The position numbers were made by a program, and so were the translations under genes. Below, in pieces: positions 56,878-64,000 of a DNA stretch of 64,000 nt; within the stretch, counting starts at the first letter, position 1, and each line of letters begins with the position of its first letter. The notes under the pieces were generated by a model that was not told the origin of the DNA, searched no databases, and was given only the letters and a program-made list of their open reading frames with translations. Origin of the DNA: Nitrosopumilus sp. (lineage in GTDB: Archaea > Thermoproteota > Nitrososphaeria > Nitrososphaerales > Nitrosopumilaceae); NCBI GenBank assembly GCA_965223425.1, contig OZ245003.1, positions 2,304,001 to 2,368,000 on the forward strand. Direction: 5' to 3'.

Positions 56878-57975
56878 TCATTCTTCTGAATCCAACGACT
56901 CTATGATTTCATCCAGATCGTTCTTGATTGCAGATTCCATATCCTTGACGGTGTCTTTGATCTCTTTGGCTGATGTCTCAATGCTCGTGCATTGTGTTTT
57001 TACGGATCTCATGTCTTTCATCTTGTTTTGAATCGCTCTTGTTTTTTCTACGACAAAGGAAGGATCCAGTTTCTTTTCCTTGGCCGATTCTATTCGAAGT
57101 CTTGCCCTTGCCCATTTGTATGCAATGTGGATTATTTCTCCATCGATAAAGGAATCTCCGTTGCCATCTTCAACCGCACAAACAAGGTGACCATCATCAT
57201 ATTCGTTAAACCAGCCAATGCTCTCTGGAAGTGACTCTTTATTTTTTGCCACAAATATTCCGTACTCCGCCTCCCTGTTTTCCATGGCTTCATCTAACTC
57301 TTTTTGTATTTCACGGCGCGAGATTGTTCCCTTGTTTTTCATTTCAAAGACCATCTTCTTTTTAATGCCACCCAGTTCTATGACGAAATCCCCTTTCTTG
57401 CTTCTTGGGAGTTTTCCATAGTCATTGCCTGTTTGCTCTAACATGTCTGAATGAATGTCTGCGATCCAGTTCAGTTTTTTTGCGCACTGCTCCTCAAAAT
57501 CTATCCCTTTTCTAGTGCCTTTTTCAACAACCGCATCCACTACCGCATTAATTCCGAGCTTTTCCCTAATTGCAAAAAGATTCCCCTCAAGCTCTGAGCG
57601 CAGTGAGTGTAGCGGGCTTCCGTCTCTGTTTGGATCAAACAACTCTTTGATTAGTTTTCCATCTTCGCCGAATTGTTCTTTTAGAATTCCAGAGAATTGA
57701 CCGTCTTTGCTAAAAACCGAATCCAGACCCTGCTTCATCTTTTCGTTAAGATTGTCAAATGCTTTTTCTACATAGTTGACATTGCCTGTGACTCCAATCG
57801 ACCTTATTGCGACTATCCCAGTCTTTAACGCATTTTCCAGTTTTTGATTCAAGTCGTCTGATTCGTTCAAATCTTCAAAATATGAGACAATGTCATAATC
57901 CTGTGTGACAAAATCCTTGACTATGACCTGATTTCCTTCTGTGACGATTTTTCTGTTCTGCTCAACGGATGTCAT
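56878..57975 (-). CDS. Coiled-coil PD-(D/E)xK nuclease-like protein (DUF2130/RmuC-like)
   Basis: KGIDFEE...GDFVI...VFEMKN...AMENREAEYGIFV; start taken at MTSVEQ. Confidence 0.65.
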   Translation of the reverse strand: MTSVEQNRKIVTEGNQVIVKDFVTQDYDIVSYFEDLNESDDLNQKLENALKTGIVAIRSIGVTGNVNYVEKAFDNLNEKMKQGLDSVFSKDGQFSGILKEQFGEDGKLIKELFDPNRDGSPLHSLRSELEGNLFAIREKLGINAVVDAVVEKGTRKGIDFEEQCAKKLNWIADIHSDMLEQTGNDYGKLPRSKKGDFVIELGGIKKKMVFEMKNKGTISRREIQKELDEAMENREAEYGIFVAKNKESLPESIGWFNEYDDGHLVCAVEDGNGDSFIDGEIIHIAYKWARARLRIESAKEKKLDPSFVVEKTRAIQNKMKDMRSVKTQCTSIETSAKEIKDTVKDMESAIKNDLDEIIESLDSEE

Positions 57976-58052
57976 TTGGGCTCCGATACTTGGCAACTCT
58001 ATAAAAAGTAACAGCTCGCGTTTTTGAAGCGATTTGAGGCAGTGCATAGTCT

Positions 58053-58686
58053 GGTTCTGTTGCGTTAGCGGGTGTTAGCTAGAAATTTTAAAACTGTGTG
58101 AGTTTAGCTGGTTATCAAATGGTAGAGATAGTTGTTGGCTCAAGCTAATTTCATAATTTTTTTATTGAGATGGTTTTAAAATATTTTTGTGGAAGAGATA
58201 ATCAAAATTCCAAATATTAATTTGAATTGGAGTGAATGGTACAAATGGAATGATCTGAAACTTGATGCAAGAGTTAACACATACAATCGAATACATGTTC
58301 CAAACAAACAATCAGGTGTTTATGAGGCAAAATATGAAGATGTATCTGAAAGACTAACCATTGGTAGAGCATCTAATTTATGTTCTAGAATAAAACAAGG
58401 ATTAGTCAAAGGTAACATACCACATAGTGCAGGGGAACGTATGAGATCTGATATTGATGATTTTTCCAAAGTTGTTGTGAGATGGGCAATAACTGATCGA
58501 CCACCAATGATTGAAAAAGAGTTACATAAAAAACATAGGCAGAAATATGGAAAATTACCAAAATATGTTCTGAGAACTTAAAAAATAACCTTCGCCTATC
58601 TTAACACCTTGTTCAATTAGCTCAAAACCCTTGATACCTTATCAGTGTAAAAATTTCTAGATAACACCCGCTAACGCAACAGAACC
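58053..58686. mobile_element. Transposase-less inverted-repeat cassette
   Basis: ~44-bp TIR GGTTCTGTTGCGTTAGCGGGTGTTA(G/T)CTAGAAATTTT...ACTG with 3 mismatches. Confidence 0.75.
58189..58581 (+). CDS. GIY-YIG-like nuclease
   Basis: GVY...TIGRASNLCSRI...E...LPKY. Confidence 0.65.
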   Translation: MEEIIKIPNINLNWSEWYKWNDLKLDARVNTYNRIHVPNKQSGVYEAKYEDVSERLTIGRASNLCSRIKQGLVKGNIPHSAGERMRSDIDDFSKVVVRWAITDRPPMIEKELHKKHRQKYGKLPKYVLRT

Positions 58687-58692
58687 ATCGAC

Positions 58693-58873
58693 TAGTGTGT
58701 TGCATAACTCGGCCTGACCACATCCCGTCCATCCCAGGATCCATGCACCTGCTCCCCTACATTGTTGCTGCCACCCACCGGTTGTACATCAGTAGTTCCC
58801 AGATGTAGATTTACCGCAACCGCAACTGGCATCGGTTCTACTTGCTTCGATCATTGACAAACAACTCGTTTCT
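58693..58873. mobile_element. Stacked end fragments: IS5 type A (58693..58789) and ISH3 type 2 (58790..58873)
   Basis: Matches to 1779ff and 26547ff. Confidence 0.85.
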
Positions 58874-58905
58874 GAACACATGATAACCACCTTGTCGTAG
58901 TTACT

Positions 58906-59027
58906 GTGATGGATCGACCCCTGCACATGTATGGGCTTTGCGCCCTTGTTTCTGAATGGGGCAATCCGAGCTGCTGTGTAATTGGGCCTTGCGCCCTGAT
59001 AGGTGTATGCAGCTTCCGATCCACCAC
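58906..59027 (+). ncRNA. Putative IS110 bridge/seek RNA
   Basis: Hand folding: outer stem enclosing two internal loops, each capped by a GGGC-(T/C)TTGC-GCCC hairpin; directly upstream of an IS110 recombinase. Confidence 0.6.
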
Positions 59028-59057
59028 AACATATCCAAAAGGAGGTGATAAAAAAGG

Positions 59058-59322
59058 ATGAATGCAAACATTGGAATAGACATTGGAAAGAAAAAATGTG
59101 ACGTATGCGTAGTGGACGGGAATGGAAAGGTCCTGGAGACAGGGCAGCATGCCAACACAACACACGAGGCAGGCAAATTTGCACAAAAGATGGCGCACAA
59201 ATACGCCGGCAAGGCAAGAAAATGCAGGGCAGCATGCGAGACTACTGCCAACATGTGGCTCAAGACCTTTGATGCCTTTGAGCAGGCAGGCATGGAAATC
59301 AAGCTGGCCAACACGTACAAAC
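59058..59322 (+). pseudogene. IS110-family recombinase, N-terminal DEDD RuvC fragment
   Basis: IGIDIGK..CDVCVVD.NG, ACETT..W, LAN; GGAGGTGA RBS; cut by an IS5 right end. Confidence 0.87.
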
Positions 59323-59477
59323 TAGTGCATGAGGCACTGCAAGTGCGCACGGGTTTGAATTTCTGCGAATTTACAATGATCTTTTGCATCAAAATTAAAT
59401 AATTTCTTGGACTGGCTTTGTGTGTCTTGGCAGTGTGTGCTGCAGAAAAAATTTGACGGGTCAATTATGCATAGTCT
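59323..59477 (+). mobile_element. IS5 (DDE_Tnp_4) right end
   Basis: Matches 4072..4230. Confidence 0.85.
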
Positions 59478-59514
59478 AGTATTGTAGGTGTCTAGGCGAT
59501 CTAGTCCTTGTATC

Positions 59515-60045
59515 TCATATGGATTCTGGCAGCGTGACCTTTAGTTTTATCCACTTTTTGCGCGCATTTTTGATGCTGTCAGTAGAAAAATTTTCCTTTA
59601 TTGCGTGCACCTTGTCTAACAAATCGGCATCTTTAATGTCTGGGCTGTTTCTTTTTACAAAGTCAATGGTTGCTGCAAGCTCTAGTTCTTCTTTGTTCCA
59701 ATTAGACAGATTCGTCACAAGATTTCGTGTTTTTTTTACCTTGGCAGGATCACATACGTCTTTTTCAAATTTTTCTATAAGATTGATTCCTTTGTCAGTA
59801 AGGCTGAAAGTATGTGGGGTATTGCTGCTTTGCTCAACTAGTCCAACAGATTCTGCCGTCTTTGCGGTGTCTGCAAGCGCAAAGGAGAATGGCCCGTAAT
59901 AATGGAGTTGATAACCGTTAATATCCCAGTCCAAGTACTGGCAGAAATACGCTATCTTTTGCAGTTTGGTTCTTCCGGCAATCTGATGATTCTTGCCGCC
60001 GTCTATGATCAAACAAAGTAACCCAACATCATCAATTATTGCCAT
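59515..60045 (-). CDS. YwgA/Panacea-like protein
   Basis: IAGRTKLQKIAYF...YQLHYYGPFS...LTDKG...LELAATI. Confidence 0.75.
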   Translation of the reverse strand: MAIIDDVGLLCLIIDGGKNHQIAGRTKLQKIAYFCQYLDWDINGYQLHYYGPFSFALADTAKTAESVGLVEQSSNTPHTFSLTDKGINLIEKFEKDVCDPAKVKKTRNLVTNLSNWNKEELELAATIDFVKRNSPDIKDADLLDKVHAIKENFSTDSIKNARKKWIKLKVTLPESI

Positions 60046-60072
60046 GTTATACCCACAAACAATGCCACATTA

Positions 60073-61425
60073 TTAGTATTTAGTTAGTTGGTCAAGCATA
60101 TTGCTAACCTTTGGTGAAATCTGCTCCGGATAAAAAATCCTGATCGAACTTTTGTCATCCTTGCTGATGGCCTCAACCAGCGGAGAAATCCGAGATATTT
60201 CCTCAAGCTTCTTATGCTCTGTGATTACCATGATGTGACTAATTGCAGTTTGCTCATCGTCTTGTTCTGTAGCCGTATACGGTTCATAGCCAGGTGTTTT
60301 CTCGGCATCTTGAATGAAATAATAGTCAAAATCTAGCCCTTTCTTCTTGAATTCCTTTTTGATATCCTTCATAGAATCTAATCCCAGTTGGATCATATCA
60401 TTCTGATTAATCCGGTGTACCTTTAGCAGCTGCCTATTAATCAGACGTGCAGACATGTCCTTTAGAATTCTATCTGAAGACTTGGTCCATCCATGAATCG
60501 CAGAATAGCACATATAATCATCCAGAGAAAGCATCATGCCTGGAGTGGCCTTTTTTGTAATGTCGACTATTTTGTTGTGTTTTTTGGACAGTTCTGATGC
60601 TCGCTTGAATATCTTGACTAGAATGTTTTCCATGCAACGGATGGTTTTGTGATAATATACTCCCTTGTACATGTGATATCTTCCTAGAAGGTAATCCTCA
60701 ACGGCTTCTATTCCTTTTTGAGAAACGACCACTGTTCCTTTCAGTGATTCTTTGGGTGTTTTCTTGTTCCATATTGACAGCGTGTTTGCAATTCTATAGA
60801 TATCGATTTTTCCATATGGAACGCCTGTAAACAGTGCGTCCCTCATGAGATAGTCAAGCCGGTCAGCGTCTAGCTGGCTGCTTATTAGCTGCGATACAAA
60901 CAGCAGATCTCCGGAGACCGCATGCTTTAAGATATCGCAGATGAGCTGGGACGAGATTCTATTCTCATTCAGTATTTTTTTAATCTCGGTTTTGCGAATG
61001 ATATCCTGTGTCATATCTTCATGGTTGAATTTTCCCTTATTGAGGAACTTTTCTGATGCATGTGAGAAGGGACCGTGTCCGATATCGTGAAGCAGGGCAG
61101 CAACTGCACCAACAGGTCTGAGTCTTGTGATTCTGTCCTTGCTCAGGGTTGATCTTTTGGCAACTGAATCAAACAGTACAAGAAAAACATGCATTACGCC
61201 TATGCTGTGCGCAAATCTGGAATGTGTTGCATTTGGATAAACAGTTGATGCAAGACCAAGCTGATGTAGCCGCCTCAGTCTCTGGAAGTGCGGAGTATCA
61301 ATTAATTGCTGTATTACTGGATATTCTGATATGTCGATAAAGTTGTGAATCGGATCCATTATTTGGATGATTTTATCGTTTGGATGCCGTTGTGGTACTT
61401 TGTCTAGCACTTGTAAATTCATCAA
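60073..61425 (-). CDS. HD-domain dNTP triphosphohydrolase (SAMHD1/YwfO-like)
   Basis: DPIH, FQRLRRLHQLG, HSRFAHSIG, LLHDIGHGPFSH, DADRLDYLMRD, MY..VYYH. Confidence 0.9.
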   Translation of the reverse strand: MMNLQVLDKVPQRHPNDKIIQIMDPIHNFIDISEYPVIQQLIDTPHFQRLRRLHQLGLASTVYPNATHSRFAHSIGVMHVFLVLFDSVAKRSTLSKDRITRLRPVGAVAALLHDIGHGPFSHASEKFLNKGKFNHEDMTQDIIRKTEIKKILNENRISSQLICDILKHAVSGDLLFVSQLISSQLDADRLDYLMRDALFTGVPYGKIDIYRIANTLSIWNKKTPKESLKGTVVVSQKGIEAVEDYLLGRYHMYKGVYYHKTIRCMENILVKIFKRASELSKKHNKIVDITKKATPGMMLSLDDYMCYSAIHGWTKSSDRILKDMSARLINRQLLKVHRINQNDMIQLGLDSMKDIKKEFKKKGLDFDYYFIQDAEKTPGYEPYTATEQDDEQTAISHIMVITEHKKLEEISRISPLVEAISKDDKSSIRIFYPEQISPKVSNMLDQLTKY

Positions 61426-61606
61426 TGTACTGTTGTATGGTTATGGTTAAAAATGATCTGTAATATCTGTAATGTATAATTATTTTGAATGCTTGATAAT
61501 TACTTGTCAAATTATAGGAACGTTGGAAACATTATAAAATAAAATAAAATAAAAGTTTTGAAAGTGCCCCAATAACTCTCTGCCGTCATTTATATACATT
61601 ACAGAT

Positions 61607-61816
61607 TTGCTAAATGACGTACCGCTGATGAAAGGAGACGAATGCGCAGTTCCCTGTTTTGGCAGACATTTGTCTTTTCTGGTTACAGAGACGATACCTG
61701 CAGGAAATGTAATTGTAAAAAATGACTATACCTCTTGCATGTTTACAAAAGATGTGTCCTCATCAATGATTCATCACTTGACATGCAAATTCGAAACGTC
61801 ATACAGGATCTTTTGA
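61607..61816 (+). pseudogene. CDC48 domain-2-like fragment
   Basis: VPLMKGD..AVPCFG..LSFLVTETIP. Confidence 0.45.
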
Positions 61817-61899
61817 AGATAAAAAAAACCCCGACAGACGATGTAGTTTGTTGCATAGCTTGGATCCTAGGCACGAAATTTACCCAACTTTTGACTGGA

Positions 61900-62184
61900 T
61901 TAGGCATGTTATGCAACAAACTACGGTACTGGGCCTGCAGGTCATACTCTCCTGCCGCATCACATCCAACAGGATGGCAGACACTGCCGTTTTGCCTCAC
62001 TGCTAAAGAAGATCAAAAAGACAGGCATTGCCTTTGCAGACAGGTTCAATGCAGACAGGGGGTATGGCGGTTTGGACTGCAAGACAATAGGATGGAGCCT
62101 TGAGGTGTTAAACCGTCTAGAGTGTGCCGCAAGGCGAAATATTCAGGTGGTGGCAGCTTAGATGTGAATTTGGCAACAACCCCC
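61900..62184. mobile_element. IS5 type A end fused to an internally deleted IS5 type B right end
   Basis: TGTTATGCAACAAACTA, then matches to 24801ff and 25168..25284. Confidence 0.8.
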
Positions 62185-62422
62185 GATCGGTACAGCCTGA
62201 AATAATCATCTATTGTCCTTTTGATCCTAGGCGGACTGACTTTTCGTACAACAGACGACTTAGCTGAACGGTCGATAAAATTTATAAAGATATTTAGCTA
62301 AAGATGATTGGATATATGTCCAGTCTGTCTGTATTTCTTGTGGTTTGATCCATCACAACAAAGACAGTAAAAAATGAAGCCTTGTACTGCGAGAGGTCAC
62401 AAGGTGGATTTTTAATTTTTGT

Positions 62423-62779
62423 TTAATCGTTATTATTGTGATAATCCATAATTACAATAACATCTTCTTCTTTAATGTATGAACTAGAATTATCACCTTT
62501 GATCCAGCGGAATTTTAAACCATAGGAAAGTATTCCATCAGCATGATTATTTTTTATGTATGACGAGATTCGACCTTGTATATCTGAGGCTACGCTATGT
62601 CTTGCAGAGCGCTTACTTGACTTTTCAAACAAAGATGCAATTAAACTGCTCCAGATGGCAATCTTGTCAGGATGAGTGAAGAAATAAAATAGTAATGATG
62701 ATAAAGTTACTATTGGAAGCGACCACCAAAAATCAATAAAATTTTGGAACACATATTGGAAAATAATATCTTTTGTCAT
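62423..62779 (-). CDS. Membrane protein, probably 3'-truncated
   Basis: N-terminal TM; abrupt end. Confidence 0.5.
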   Translation of the reverse strand: MTKDIIFQYVFQNFIDFWWSLPIVTLSSLLFYFFTHPDKIAIWSSLIASLFEKSSKRSARHSVASDIQGRISSYIKNNHADGILSYGLKFRWIKGDNSSSYIKEEDVIVIMDYHNNND

Positions 62780-62796
62780 GCTACACTGATCTACGG

Positions 62797-63075
62797 TTAT
62801 TGAATATTTTTAACTATTTGATCATAACAAGACATTTTGTTGCAAGCAAACACAAATTTTTCATTGACTAGTTTCATACTTCCAACATTTGTTGATGATA
62901 TCTCATTTAGGCATACATGGCACTTTATATTGCCTCTGCGAAAATCTTGTAACTGATCATATTTTTTTAGCAGATTATCCAAATCTGCAATATGGACTGC
63001 CTTGATTTCTTTGCTTTGGGTAGACATCATGACACAATTGTATATTTTTGACATAAATAACTTGTTCGGATTCAT
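62797..63075 (-). CDS. Small protein with Cys motifs
   Basis: CHVC...C...C. Confidence 0.6.
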   Translation of the reverse strand: MNPNKLFMSKIYNCVMMSTQSKEIKAVHIADLDNLLKKYDQLQDFRRGNIKCHVCLNEISSTNVGSMKLVNEKFVFACNKMSCYDQIVKNIQ

Positions 63076-63306
63076 TGGATTGTTTTGTCAAATTTGTGAT
63101 TGCTAGGATTGAAATATCACCATGATCCTCATAAACGCAGATTTTCGTCTGATGGCCATTCGTATAAAGTCAACTATGGATGATCTCATTAACTAGATAT
63201 TGGTTTTACAAACAACATTCCAGTTAATGTGATTATGTAGGCCATAAGGAGAATCAAAAAATAGAAACAGTTGAAGATGTGTTATTTTGATAAAAACTGA
63301 CATGTG

Positions 63307-63531
63307 TTATGAATTATCTGTTTTTTTATAATGTTGCTTTACTTGATAGTCAATATCATGGAAATAAACTCGAATCTTTTGTTTTTCCAAATTTTTTAAT
63401 TCCTTACTGTGTGCATCAATATTTCTAAAATGAGCTAGTTCAAATAATTTTACTGCTATTGCGGATTTATCTTCTCCAAAAACCTCTTTAAAATACGGAT
63501 AATTTTTCTTATCTGTAACGATCCATTGCAA
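63307..63531 (-). pseudogene. Swt1-like HEPN domain C-terminal fragment
   Basis: RNIDAH (Rx4H) after N..YFKEVF. Confidence 0.5.
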
Positions 63532-63721
63532 ATGGATAAAACCTGTTGACTGTATGTCAGATCACAAAGTGAACAGCTAATATTTTCAACCAATTAACGG
63601 ATCACAGTTAACATGTTTCAAATATTCAAAATTCTATCCATATTTATCGGATTACAAAGTTAACACGTGAAAAAATTTGGAGAAAATTTGCATATCACGA
63701 GTTACCAACATTTTGGACAGA

Positions 63722-64000
63722 TTACATAAATTTACCAGTACCGGTTGCAGGGCCGTCATCCCCAATAAAGTTATGAAAACAGGACCGCTTTCCCATATGA
63801 CAGGCAGGACCAGAAGGCTCGACAAGATAAATTATCGCATCTGAGTCACAGTCAACCAGGATATCCTTAATCTTTTGGATGTTGCCTGATTCCTCGCCCT
63901 TCATCCAAAGCTTGTTTCTTGAACGGCTCCAGAACCAGGAGTTGCCAGTCTTTTTTGCAAGCTCAAGTGACTCTCTGTTAGCATAAGCCAGGGTTAAAAC
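63722..64000 (-). CDS. hisI: Phosphoribosyl-AMP cyclohydrolase (5' end outside window)
   Basis: [18 protein letters not shown]...DCDSD...GPACH.G..SCF. Confidence 0.95.
   Translation of the reverse strand, partial: VLTLAYANRESLELAKKTGNSWFWSRSRNKLWMKGEESGNIQKIKDILVDCDSDAIIYLVEPSGPACHMGKRSCFHNFIGDDGPATGTGKFM

Noticed and set aside
1-64000. tRNA, rRNA, integrase or viral hallmark genes
   Set aside because: None recognised by eye; tRNAscan-SE or Infernal would be needed to exclude intron-containing tRNAs.

Overview
This window is archaeal chromosomal DNA from an ammonia-oxidising thaumarchaeon (Nitrosopumilaceae-like), probably host-associated given the extreme IS load and gene decay. Core blocks are the complex III operon (Rieske, cytochrome b, cupredoxin; 12.8-15.5 kb), an S8 protease, conserved membrane protein, S-layer SlaA, MoaD-MoeB fusion and thrC (32-45 kb), and hisI at the right edge. 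Between them lie AT-rich accessory and defence genes cut up by about 25 GC-richer IS copies or remnants (IS5, IS630, ISH3, IS66, IS481, IS110) and MITEs. Removing elements at their target-site duplications restores three genes exactly: a TIR domain, a ClpP-like SDH protease and a membrane protein. Best leads: (1) a TIR - SLATT - PGDYG-like three-gene operon, a candidate new nucleotide-signalling defence system, inactivated by IS630; (2) a bridge-RNA-like two-loop structure upstream of an archaeal IS110 recombinase; (3) four diverged Panacea/YwgA-like antitoxin-type genes, each beside a different putative effector, including a TGT-fold protein and a PIN gene; (4) a 36-bp repeat / 36-bp insert / 36-bp repeat scar resembling ectopic CRISPR spacer integration; (5) a transposase-less inverted-repeat cassette carrying a GIY-YIG nuclease; (6) a coiled-coil insertion in the S-layer protein. 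All family assignments come from motif recognition by eye; no database searches were run.
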